Positions 1 through 11,245 of a stretch of DNA of 64,000 nucleotides are shown piece after piece. Both the position numbers and the translations under genes were made by a program. Location of the stretch: contig NC_058368.1 in NCBI RefSeq assembly GCF_018350175.1, forward strand, positions 230,394,001 to 230,458,000. The letters are read 5' to 3'. The notes beneath the pieces were generated by a model. It had not been told where the DNA came from and made no database searches. It saw only the letters and a program-made list of their open reading frames with translations. How positions within the stretch are numbered: position 1 is the first letter of the stretch; the number at the start of each line of letters is the position of its first letter. Origin of the DNA: Felis catus. Its lineage: Eukaryota.

Positions 1-112
1 CAAGTGCCCTCCTCAGTGCCCATCACCCATTTTCTTCTGTCCCCCACCCCCATCCACCCTCAGTTTGTTCTCTGTATTTAAGAGTCTCTTATGGTTTGCC
101 TCCCTCCATGTT
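1..112 (-). mobile_element. Carnivore L1 3' UTR fragment
   Basis: ccctcagtttgttctctgtatttaagagtctcttatggtttgcctccctcc closely resembles the L1 3' UTR at 57420-57475. Confidence 0.8.
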
Positions 113-2349
113 GTACCTTTAAAAGTTGCCAACTCAGAGTGAGCAAAATTCCTCATTCTTCTGAATAACAAATAGAAACAATGAAGGGCTTGGTTAAAAT
201 GTTAAAACAAAAACATTGGCAAACCTTTTTTTGTAAATTCATCGCAATAGTGAAATGTTTATGCAAAATGTAATGGGCCACTAGAACTGAAGACTTTCCT
301 TTGAATCAGATGATTTTTGTTACTAGGACAGATTTGCAATACTTGCAAAATGTGTTTAGTGCCATTAAATCACACTAAGTATTTGCCATTTCAGTGCCAG
401 ACATGTAGGATGGCTCTCTCTCATTGTTAATTGGTCTCCCACAAGGGAGCATTGGAGGAGGAACCAAGTAGCTTAGGGTCTTTCAAGTTAATAAAAATCT
501 CTAAAAGGTCTCATTTATTGTGTGCGGCAGTTAATAACTGATGGCATCTAGTAGCGGCTGGATTTGAGGCACTCAAATGGCCATCCCTTGGGGATACAGA
601 TCCCAAGTAAACTGTGGAGATGTTTTCACACCTCAGACTAATTTATAGACTAATGAGGCCAAACCCCGGCACCACGTGGCACAAATGACCCATCGCCTGA
701 TCCTCGGTGATTACGGAGGCTGAGTGCCCTGCTGCTCATGCCCTCAATGGACGATGGCGGTGTGGAAGCTTCCATGAGATCTCCTCCTTGGGAGGCGTGC
801 CCTTCCCAACATCCTCATTCATGGAAAGTAGACTTCAGGTCTTCTGGGTGCATTCGTGGTGATTCCTGAGCAGGAGACGTTTGTCTCTCCTTGCCATGTT
901 CCCGGGAAGAGTTTCGACACGGGAAGCCAACCCATAATGGCAGCTTCTTTATTAAAATATGTGCAGTGGAAATTATGCTAATTAAGCTGGAGTGTAATTA
1001 TAGACTAGAAAGATTCTTCGCAGTCTGAATTGAATTGTTGTAGATAAATGCGCATTAACTTAATAGTGTGCGGCTAATTATGAAAAGTAAAGGAGAGGAA
1101 GAGAGGCGATCAGTTACGCGATGTTTTAGAGATGCCGCTGTCCCAGTCCAACTCTCCCATTAAAGCCCAGGTAACCCTGTGATGAGAATTCTTCTCTCAT
1201 CTGTCTCGGAGTTTCAATACCACAATTAAAATGGCCACTGGTGACTAATTAACCCATTTAACTCTGTTTGTCTGTGGCATTTATTACAGCAGAGAGTTAA
1301 TGCAGTAACACTCGGCAGCTTTATGCCCTCGTCCAAGTATATCTGTGGAGTTAATTCTTCATTCTTTATTTATGCTTTTGTGTGCATTTATGATAATTAT
1401 AAAAATGAGGCGAAGCTCCATCGTCCCAGTGTGATTTGCCACACTCAACTAAAACTGTATTCTGGGAAATAAATTCTTTTTACTTAGAATTAAAATAAGC
1501 TCAAGTGGTAGTCATATGCCTTCTGTTCCAAAGCTATCAGCTCTAACAACCTGAGAGATATGGTCATGATCCTGTGCTTATGCGAAGGAAAAGTTAGTCA
1601 TTGAATCCTCTCAGCCACCGACTTCTAAAGTCTATCAGTAAGGTGGGTTTCCCGTGTCCATTGATCAGTGCCACCTGGACCAGCTAAATGACAGGTGCTG
1701 TTTGTAAGCATGGAGAAGACGTGGAGCGACCTTTCAATGAATTTTCGAGAACGTAGTGTTCACGAGTCCTCTGAGCAGAATGGCTCGACACTCCCTTGCA
1801 CACTACCAGAGAGTTTGGAAAACGAAAGACCCAGCAAAGCACTGAGAATTCAAAGGTCCTTTATAGAGGACATGACTGTCCAGTAAAAGGAGGGGGCCTG
1901 TGTTGTGGGACATCACACCTCACTGTTTTCTTCTGTGTTTCCAAGAAACCTCAAAAAAAAACCCCTTTAATTGCTTTTTATAGCTAGAAAATGAATGAAA
2001 ATGTGGGGATGTGCATCAGGTCTTTTCCATTTCCTTCAATTTCCGTCTTTTTTCTTTTCTCATTTACATTATGGTTGTGTTCTTACACGTGGTTTGTTCG
2101 AGACACTAACAATCAATAACCCTGAATTTTCATCGGAGCTTCCTAAATCTTTTCTAACCTATCTGCAATGTTCTTTAGAACATGTATAGATACTTCTTTT
2201 TTGACTTAATGAAATGTTGCTTCTAGTATGTTGTGACATTTGTTTTGCCAAGATAGTATTGGTATCAGAAAGTTTCTTAAAGCTCGTTATTTAATTCATA
2301 CACTTTCGAGGAAAGCATGAAGTTGTTCTTGCCTGTGGGATGAGACGGT

Positions 2350-2915
2350 ATTACCGAGTGATCGTAACCCTGGTTTCTGGAGATTTGGTGCCAGGCCAGA
2401 ACCCTAGAGCTACCTGATATCAACTGTGTGACTTTGCACAAGATGTTAAACCTCCAGCCTCTGGCCCCACCACCTGTGCACTAAGTGAAACCATCATTAT
2501 TTCCTCAAAGGGGGATAGCAGCAGTCAGCAAACCACAGTCCATGAGCCAAACCTGGCCCACCAAATGCTTTTGCAAATAAAATTTTAGTGGGACATAGCC
2601 ATGCCTATTTTTAATGTTTACTCTATGGCTGCTTATGAGCTACAGCGGCAGAAGTGAGTAGTTGCAACAGAGACTATATGGCCAGCAAAGCCTAAAATAT
2701 TTATCTTCTGTCCCTTGAGAGAAAAGGTTTGCTGATCCCTAGATTCGAATATTAAATTTGTGTTTGTACGTAAAACATATATAAAACACACGCGTATATA
2801 ACATAGGCCTATAAGTGTGTGTGCATATACAAACGTAGTATGTAGATAAAGCTCCCAGCATAATGCTCGACACATTGCAAGCATTCAATATCTGTGGACA
2901 GTTTTAAATATTATT
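2350..2915 (+). mobile_element. MIR SINE interrupted by MER58-like element
   Basis: MIR-like core (ctgtgtgactttgcacaagatgttaaacctc) and MIR-like tail (acacattgcaagcattcaatatctgt) on either side of the DNA transposon. Confidence 0.5.
2519..2741 (+). mobile_element. MER58A-like hAT-Charlie DNA transposon (MITE)
   Basis: Terminal inverted repeats cagcagtcagcaaac / gtttgctgatccct; internal gagtagttgcaacagagactatatggcc..gcaaagcctaaaatattta motif. Confidence 0.8.
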
Positions 2916-3110
2916 ATGATTTTATTAAAACCAGTGTTACTTTGTTGTTAGAAAATTAGTTGTAAAGGGGATATTAGATGGGGTAGCATAAGCCTTCGCA
3001 TTAATCACAACTAAAATATTTTCTTTAGAAGTATTTTCTGAAGACAAGACTACGTTTATAATTTAAGCAGAGGCTGATTTTAAGATTAGATATCATGACA
3101 CTTTTTAAAA

Positions 3111-3570
3111 TGCATTAGTTTCCTAGAGCTGCCATAAAAAATGACCATCCATTTAGTGGCTTAAAACAACAAGTTTGTTTTCCCACAGTTCCAAAGGCGA
3201 GAAAGCCAAGGTCAAGGTCACAACAGAGCCAAGCTTTCTCCAAGGGCTCTGGGGGAAGATCCTTCCTTGCTGCTTCTTAGCATCTAGTGGTAAAGTCTTT
3301 GGCATTTCTTGGCTTGTAGACATATCACTCTATTTTCCCTGCCTCTGTGGTCACAGTGTCTCCCTGGGTCCGTCTTCACACGGTCTTCTCTCTGTGAGTA
3401 TCTCTGAGTCTAAATTTCGCCTTGTTTTAAGGACACTGGTCACTGGATTAGAGCTCAGCCTAATCCAGCATGACTTCATAATTGTATGACGTCTGAAAAG
3501 ACCTTCTTTCCAAATAAGGTCACATTCATAGGTTCTGGGGGTTAAGACGTCAATGTATGTTACCAACATA
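3111..3570 (-). mobile_element. MLT1-family (MaLR) solo LTR
   Basis: tgcattagtttcctagagctgccata...gtggcttaaaacaac and tttccaaataaggtcacattc motifs typical of antisense MLT1. Confidence 0.8.
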
Positions 3571-3772
3571 TCTTGTCAAAAAATATATTTTGGGGGGAAC
3601 CCCAAATATTGTCATATCAAATATTATCAACCTGTAATGTCAAGTAACTATCCTTTGGAAAATTGACACTTATCCTAGTATTTTAGACTATATCTTAGAT
3701 GAAAACAAATGATTACAAGTATTTCACTCCATCATTTTAATGGCTGAAACTAAGAATCAAAAGACTGATCAA

Positions 3773-3985
3773 GGGGCGCCTGGGTGGCTCAGTCGGTTAA
3801 GCATTTGACTTCAGCTCAGGTCAGGATCTCGCGGTCCGTGAGTTCGAGCCCTGTGTCGGGCTCTGGGCTGATGGCTCAGAGCCTGGAAATTGCTTCCGAT
3901 TCTGTGTCTCCCTCTCTCTCTGCCCCTCCCCGTTCATGCTCTGTCTCTCTCTGTCTCAAAAATAAATAAACGTTAAAAAAAAAAA
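3773..3985 (+). mobile_element. Felid CanSINE (tRNA-Lys-derived)
   Basis: ggggcgcctgggtggctcagtcggttaag head, (CT)n region, aataaa/polyA tail; degenerate TSD a(a/g)g(a/g)ctgatcaa. Confidence 0.95.
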
Positions 3986-4694
3986 GGGCTGATCAAAATG
4001 CTATCAGCAACACATTTTTCAAAGGGATGTGTATGTGTATTGTTTCCAAGTGAACTTGAGGCTTCAGGTGACATGCCACCATTGGGAATGGGATTCAGGC
4101 AGATGGATAGACAGACCCTGTCCAGGGCAAGGGGGACCTTACCCAGCCCACCTGAGCTAGTCCCATCCCACCGGGGACGCTGTGTCCAGAGGCTGGCAGT
4201 CCCTGAAAGAGGCAGGTGCACACACCGAAGTGTGTTCTGAGAAAAGATAAAATACATACAAAGAGTGTGGAGGGGTTGAAGACAGAGGCACGCAATAATT
4301 ATAAAGATCTGGATCCAAGGCTCATATTGGAAAGTACAAGAATATTTTAGAAACAACTCGTGATGCCATCATCGGTAATACTCTTGACACGTTCATTTAT
4401 TTTCTTGGTCTTTTAAATTCTCTGTTTCCGTGTCCATTCTTTCTCTCTCTTGTCTCTCATCGCCCCTTACCCTCCTTCACGTACAATGCACGTACATGCA
4501 CATTGTGGTCATATTTCCTGTAGAGATTTGTATCTTGGGTTTTATTTTTCAGTGAGTATCATTTTATGAGTGCCTTTCCATGTTATTACATATATTGTTT
4601 AAACATAATTTTTAATAACTGTAAATACTCTGTTTTCTGGCCATAGTATTCTGTAACCGTTCTTTTTTTTTTTTTTTTTGGTTGTTCAGTTTTA

Positions 4695-4910
4695 TTTTTT
4701 TTTTTAACATTTATTTATTTTTGAGACAGAGAGAGACAGAGCATGAACGGGGGAGGGGCAGAGAGAGAGAGGGAGACACAGAATCGGAAGCAGGCTCCAG
4801 GCTCTGAGCCCTGAGCCCAGAGCCCGACACGGGGCTCGAACTCACGGACTGAGAGATCGTGACCTGAGCTGAAGTCGGACGCTCAACCGACTGAGCCACC
4901 CAGGCGCCCC
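4695..4910 (-). mobile_element. Felid CanSINE
   Basis: Reverse-complement CanSINE; TSD ttg(g/a)ttgttcagtttta on both sides. Confidence 0.95.
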
Positions 4911-6144
4911 TTGATTGTTCAGTTTTAGATACTAACTCGGACATCATAGAAAAGTGATTTTAGATATCGTGTAAGGTTTCAGAAGCCAGGGACAAAGCCA
5001 GATGGGTTGAGATGCAGATGTGGGGCCAGTGTTCAAAAGAAAATTCACAGTGGTCATCCTGAAGCGGAAGGGGGCCTCTCTGGTCATGTGCACATACTTA
5101 AATTATTCTACAATCTGGGTTCCCGTAGCAGGTGACAGTTGGACTGCATGGCTGTACCCACGTTTCTTTCGCCTCTGAAATGTTAGGTCACAAATTCCTT
5201 CTGGAGCACGGCAGGCCTTATGCACATGGATTAAATGACTCTGACGGGAAGGTCTGTTTTCAAGGAACAGTTTTTCTAAAATCTGTGTTGTTGAAAGGAA
5301 TAGAGGAGGAATCGAGAAACCCAGCCCATGAATGTCAAATGTACCTGTGAACCTGGGTGCCTTTCGCAGATGCAATTGATCAGAGTAGCTTACACATGGG
5401 ATCCATTCGAACACCTAATTTCTTGGTTAATTTAGGCCTTGGACCTAGTTTTTTTTTATTTTAAGTAGTTGTCTACAATGACTGGGTAGTCACTGAGTTG
5501 CTTTACGGCATGTAATCCTAGTATTTGAATTTCAAGTTGACTTTCAGGAAGGAACATTGTGGGTCCATTCGCTTGCCCATAAAGCTACAAACCCCAGGGG
5601 ATACCAGGCTTTCCCTTTCTTTCTCCCTTACCAGTGCTAGTGGTGGGTTGGAAAGGCCAAAGCCCACGGCCAGCCGGTTCCCACCTTTCTACATCTGCCT
5701 CAGGGCCCAAGGAGCCCAGAGGATTTGCCCCCAGGGAGTCCTGCTGTCCAGAGATGGGGGAACACATGGTCCGTGGTTTGTTCCCCGGGACCCTAAGAGG
5801 CGGCTTTAATGTCTGAGATGGGAAGCCAAATAAAAATGCTAAGTGATTCTGTCCTTGGGAGAGTATTTGTCAGTCTCCATTTCAAACCACCCGGGAGGAC
5901 ACAGGTAGCTTACCAGCACAGTGTCAGCGTGCAACAGATCACAGAGTTTTCTGTCAGCGGGTTCTGGTGGAAGGAGGTCCCAGAATGCAAAGAAGCTCAA
6001 GCCCATCCCTCTTCCTACTTCAGGACAAAGCCAAGAGAGCCGGCCTGGATATGTACATAAAAGGCCAGGAGAGACCCCCACACCTGTGTCCCTATTTCTA
6101 ATGTGCAATGCGTCATTTTGCCTCTATATTTGGAGCCCTAATTT

Positions 6145-6321
6145 TATTTTAAAAAAATTTTTAATGTTTATTTATTATTGAGAGAGAGACACGCACACAG
6201 AATCCGAAGCAGGCTCCAGGCTCTGAGCCGTCAGCACAGAGCCCGACGCGGGTCTCGAGCTCAGGAGCTGTGAGATCATGACCTGAGCCAAAGTCGGACG
6301 CTCAACCGACTGAGCCACCCA
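6145..6321 (-). mobile_element. CanSINE with internal deletion and 5' truncation
   Basis: Antisense SINE body with a shortened (CT)n region, ending at tgagccaccca. Confidence 0.9.
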
Positions 6322-6837
6322 TTTTAATTAATTTTAAAATTTTTCATCAGAGAGAAGGAAGCCACCTTGAGTCCCTTCTGGGCCCAGGTGAAGTTTGAGT
6401 ACATAAATGCGTGACTGTGGCTGGTGTCATAGTGGAAATGTCCACCCCTCCTCCCGTCAACTTGCATACAGAGCAAGACCTGACCCTCCGGATACGTGAG
6501 CCAATGACAGTTAAAATATTCAGAGTCCTGGTCTTGGGCCGGTTTCAGTGAGAGAAACGTCAGAATTAATTTAATAACTTTTACACAGATAAAGGCCTGC
6601 TAACTCATCTGTTACACTTTCTAATAACACCAAATTTCATGTTACTACCCTAACGGTCACCTGTAACATAATAATCCTTACTTGTCACCTTTGTCTTTTT
6701 CAGATTTTTGACTGTCCCCTTTTTACATAGTAAAAATCCACATTACATGATATTTGAAAATATTTTTCTATTTCAAAGAAATTATGGTATTGATTCTTCT
6801 GGGGTTTTCACTTAAGACCTTGTCTTTTTTAAGCCTC

Positions 6838-6971
6838 TTTTCTTATATTAGATATATTATATTTCTTAGATATATATATGTATTTATATTTATATATATT
6901 TACATTCATGTATAATATATATAAATATATTTCTTATATATAAATATATTTTCTGATTTTTCTTATATTAG
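6838..6971. repeat. AT-rich/(TA)n low-complexity tract flanked by direct repeat ttttcttatattag
   Basis: Seen directly in sequence. Confidence 0.75.
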
Positions 6972-7586
6972 GTGTTAAATTAGATCCATTAGAAGAAATA
7001 ACAGTTTTAAAACATGTGTCATTATTTTATACGTTACAGCGGTAGCTTGTCATTTAATAGCATCTTACGGACCACACCTTCCAAAGAGATCTAACTACCG
7101 GGAAGTATCACTTTGTACTTGTAGCCTCTGCTGGAGGGAGCCGGTTGAAAACACATCTGCGTACCTGCTCTGTATCTTCTGATTCGGGTCTTTGTTGTCT
7201 ACTCTTCACTCCTGGCTGCATCACTGCAGGCAGCAAACATTAGACGCATCTCTCAAGGAAGGGCCACGTCAACTTCCACGAACCAGCCCAGTGCAGCGAA
7301 GTGCCTTTGAGCGACACGTATGAGCAAGGCAGTATTTGCAATGTCTCTGTTTTTTAGGACAGTTTCTAACTGGCTTAAAACAGTGTGTGTTTTGTATTCT
7401 TTTATGAGATATCAGTCAGACGTGGCTACAAGAGGAGACAGAGCTGAGGCTCAGGAAAACAACGTTTATTTTGCTCACAGGTCCTGGGGACAAGAGGCCC
7501 CAGCTCACCGTGCAAGGCCACGAGGAAGAAAGCAGAGCGGCCGGGAGGCAGAAGCCGGGAGGAGGGTAGCACTTAGCCATGGCCTT

Positions 7587-8011
7587 TGTTAGGAAATGAA
7601 ATGTAACTGACTGAATTCAAAGGTTAAATTGGCTTTATTAAACAATTCATGACTTGGGCAGAACCCCCCGCAACACCCCAGCAAATGGAAAGGAGCTCCC
7701 AGGAGCTGTACAGATGGGAGGATTTTATAGGCAGAAACGGGGTAAGACAGTAAGCCGAAGAAAAGAAAAGATTGCTTTAGGCAAGGTCAACTTCCCTGTG
7801 GGGCAGTTCGGGGTGGGGTGGGGGTCTTATTAAAGGGTGGATGACCTCATCTTCCCTTGGAGGATAGAGGGGGCTCATGTGACCCATGACCTCATTGGTG
7901 CTGGCCAGAAATTCCTCCTACCGGTTAAGACCACATTTCTGGGGGAGGTCAAAACTACACTTAGGTTAAGTATTCAGCTCCATTTTGGAGCTGTGGGGTT
8001 TTTTTGTGACA
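7587..8011 (-). mobile_element. Carnivore ERV1-type solo LTR
   Basis: TG...CA termini; near-identical 4-bp flanks cctt/ccgt; antisense polyA signal (tttatt) and TATA-like ttttata. Confidence 0.65.
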
Positions 8012-8246
8012 CCGTTATTACGGTTTATGTGAGAAAGTTAAACACGACTGGGTGAGCAGGTTAGGGCTGGCTGGTTTGAACAATTCCAGGGGCTCTAAGC
8101 CTCTAGCTGCCTGGTACCTGGCCCTGGGATGATGAAGTAAAGGAATACTGGCTTGAAATTAATATCCTGGGGTGGACAGCCCAGCTAGAGGAGGTTTGAG
8201 CCTGGAATGGTTGGCTTGCATATCCAAGACATGCTGCAGGATTGGC

Positions 8247-8251
<5 letters not shown>

Positions 8252-8311
<60 letters not shown>

Positions 8312-8512
8312 TTAATGTTTATTTCTTTCTGAGAGAGAGAGAGAGCACAAGCAGGGCAGGGGCAGAGAAAGAGGAAGAGAGAATCCCCCAAGCAGGCTTC
8401 ACGCTGTCAGCACACAGCCCGATGTGGGACTTGAACCCATGAACCATGAGATCATGACCTGAACCAAAATCGAGAGTTGGACACCTCCCTGACTGAGCCA
8501 CCCAGGCTCCCC
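8252..8512 (-). mobile_element. CanSINE with long (CT)n tract at tail end
   Basis: TSD gcccttt (8245-8251 / 8513-8519); about 60 bp (CT)n at 8252-8310. Confidence 0.9.
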
Positions 8513-9227
8513 GCCCTTTGCTTTCTATAAGAAATATCTAGCCCCCACCCACCCATGAAGGAGCAGTCTCTCTCCAACCAGAAAGGTGGTTTGAAATGTT
8601 AGAGCATCATAATATACAGAAAGATTTTTAAATATGCAGTACAGTGTGCTGCCCCTTTTAAAATATTGGTGAAGAAGCATCTGAGATGAGCTCCCCACTA
8701 GGCCCACAGTCTTGACACAGATGGGCTGCAGCCATTCAGCACTGTCTTGAGGGTTCCTAACAACAGACTGTCTCAGCATAGTTCCTCTGAGACCTTTTCC
8801 CGTCTGCTGGGAAAGAATTTAACAAAGTCACTGCATCATTTGGACACATTGGGTTCTCTCAATAGTTTCAAAATTCTTGGACCAGTGTTTTCAATAATTA
8901 GTGTGAAGAGTATCCTTGGTTGAAACAAAGGCAGGTGCCTGAGAACGATGTAACAGAAGCGGTTCCCACATGCCGGAGTTAGTTACCTGTTCCCGCACAA
9001 CGCCCAGTGATCGCCTCGAAAAGTAGTGGCTTCCAACCATAATGCATCCTAGTGTCTTGGTCCTCTGGTAAACTGGCCTTAGCTGGGTAGTCCTCACCTG
9101 GGTGCCCTCATGGGATGTATAATGGCCACACAGAACTGGACGTTGTAGGGGAGAAAAAATAATGTCCCCTTTGTCCTTCTGAGTTATTGGCTGCCACACC
9201 CCTCCCACCCTGTAATAAAAGATAGAT

Positions 9228-9420
9228 CTTTTTAAGTTTATTTATTTTGAGAGAGAGAGAGAGAATGAGTGGGGGAGGGACAGAGAGAAAGGGAGACCCA
9301 GAATCCAAAGCAGGCTCCGCGCTGTCTGCGCAGAATCCCTCACGGGGTTCGAACTCATAAACTGTGAGATCAAGACCTCAAGAGTCGGATGCTTAACTGA
9401 CTGAGCCACCCAGGTTCCCC
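9228..9420 (-). mobile_element. CanSINE
   Basis: Antisense SINE; TSD aaaa(g/t)atagat. Confidence 0.92.
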
Positions 9421-9469
9421 AAAATATAGATTCACAAGAGAAGAACAAGTTTGTTAACGCGTAGATTCC

Positions 9470-9501
9470 ACGCTCGCTTCCGCAGCACATATACGAAAAT
9501 T
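9470..9501 (+). pseudogene. RNU6: 3'-truncated U6 snRNA retrocopy (about nt 1-32)
   Basis: gctcgcttccgcagcacatatacgaaaatt vs U6 GCTCGCTTCGGCAGCACATATACTAAAATT: 28/30 identity over 9472-9501. Confidence 0.85.
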
Positions 9502-10319
9502 AACTCACATACTCATGCACACATGGGAGAGACCCAGGGAAACTAACTCCCCGAGATGACCCACGCCCCCAGCCTCACATACCACCTTCAGTTGAAGACA
9601 AGGAGAGATGATGGGTGTGGGGAGCAGAGCTTGGCAGGTGTGGGGGGGGGCGGTCATCAGGAAAGACATGCTGAATAAGGATGAGGTCTGTGATGCAGGT
9701 TAAGTCCCGGTCTTCTCCATCGATAAATTCCTGGTGACAGAGTCCTCCTGTCTTCCCCGTCCAGAGAGGGAGACTTACAAATAGAAACGGCCCTTAGAAA
9801 TGTACATTTCCCTTAGGAAAGGGTGACTGCCACTGTGTTTTCAGAGCTTCTCCTGTGTCTGCGGTTCCTCAGAAATGAGCAGCTCAAATAACCCCGATGC
9901 CAAGGAGGCCCGTTGCGAGGCGGCGTGTGCAGCTGGCCTTCGGCCCCCGCGGTGGCACACTCTCACGCACGCGGTTGACGCTGGCTGCCATCTGGAAGCT
10001 CAGCTGGGCGCCTGACCGGGACGCCCACGCCGTGCGGCTTGGGCGTCTCACGGCGCAGGGGCCGGGATCCGGGAGGGACCGGCTAAGAGCGAACATCCCA
10101 CAAGACCAAGCTGGAAGCTGCGAGGCTTCTTACGACCTGGCCTCGGAGCCCTGTTGTGTTAGTGCAGACAAATCACTTAGCCCAGCCAGATTCGTGGAGA
10201 GGGACCCCTCCTCTCGGTGTGAGAAGCAGAGGTGAGGACAGGGCGGGGAAGGGACTGGCAACCTCTTTGCCTTGCTGCTGTATCAAATACAGCCACCGTT
10301 CGAGAGCTTAGAGAGAGGA

Positions 10320-10800
10320 TTCTTAGTTTCTCGTTTCTTTCTGTTCTATCCTAAATATACACTTTATATACATAACATACACTATACGTACATTACATTT
10401 GTATATGTCAGTTTGCGTGTAGGTGTATGTGTGTGTATATATGTGCCTCTACGTATACATATATATATGTATGCGCACTAAGAAGAGAGATTTTCAGAAA
10501 TTGTCTCGTGATTGTGGGGATTAGCAAGTCTTAAATCTGTAGGACAGGCTTGTAGGCTAGAATCTCAGGCAGGGGTTGACGTGGCTGCTCTGAGAACTTC
10601 TTTTGGAAACCTCAGATTTCTTCTTATGGGCTTTCGTCTGATTGGATGAGGCCCACCTCCTATGAAAGGTAATCTTAAGTTGACTTAAGGTCAACCAGTT
10701 GTCCACATCCACAACATCGACACAGTACCTTCAAAGCAGCGCTTAGGTTAGTGTTTGATTCAATAAGTGGGTGCTGTTGCCAAGCCAGTTGACATCACGG
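10320..10800 (-). mobile_element. MLT2-like ERVL LTR with internal (TA)/(TG) repeat
   Basis: gtgattgtggggattagcaagtcttaaatctgtaggacaggc...ctgattggatgaggcccacc...tagtgtttgat motifs. Confidence 0.7.
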
Positions 10801-11023
10801 TGTCCATAAAAAGGACACACTGGTTCATATAGTGGTGATACATGAAGGACAGGAGAGAGGCGCAAGAATCTTCTTTTTGGCAGATCTTCTGTACGCAGAA
10901 GGAAATCAGAAGCAAAACAACAACAACAAAACGAATGAAAAGATTGCAGAGAATGCACAGAATGTTTCTGTTTACGTACACCTTGGGCAAAACTTTATGA
11001 AATATAAAAATAGGAAGGCTTTT

Positions 11024-11245
11024 GGGGCACCTGGGTGGCTCAGTGGGTCGAACGTCTGACTTTGGCTCAGGTCATGGTTTCATGGTTCGTGGGTTCGAGC
11101 CCCGTGTTGGGCTCTGTGCTGACAGTTAGCTCAGAGCCTGGGTCCTGCTTCTGATTCTGTGTCTCCCTCTCTCTCTGCCCCTCCCCTGCTTGTGCCCTGT
11201 CTCTCTCTCTCTCTCTAAGATAAATAAACATTTAAAAATTTTTAA
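11024..11245 (+). mobile_element. CanSINE
   Basis: Full head/body/tail; TSD aaaaata(g/t)gaag(g/a)ctttt. Confidence 0.93.

Larger units (their letters stand above)
7405..8643 (-). mobile_element. MER74-like ERVL solo LTR, interrupted by a younger LTR and a SINE
   Basis: Motifs ggcttgcatatccaagacatgct...ggcccttt[SINE]gctttctataagaaatatctagccc...gcagtctctc...gttagagcatcataatatacagaaa resemble recalled antisense MER74/MER73. Confidence 0.6.
9144..9942 (-). mobile_element. MER34-like ERV1 solo LTR containing a SINE and a U6 fragment
   Basis: tgtaggggagaaaaaataat...ccttctgagttattggctg...tgtaataaaagatagat...catgggagagacccaggg...cagagcttctcctgtgtctg...gccaaggaggc resembles the recalled MER34 family. 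Confidence 0.7.
8990..10240 (-). mobile_element. Old MLT1 (F/G/H/J-like) LTR split by a MER34-like LTR
   Basis: Left part (agtggcttccaacc...gccttagctgggtagtcctc) and right part (gctggctgccatctggaagctcagctggg...ggaagctgcgaggcttcttacgacctggcctcgga) resemble MLT1. Confidence 0.55.

Noticed and set aside
3773..3850. tRNA genes at SINE heads
   Set aside because: The A/B-box similarity reflects the tRNA-Lys origin of CanSINEs; each is followed by SINE body and tail.
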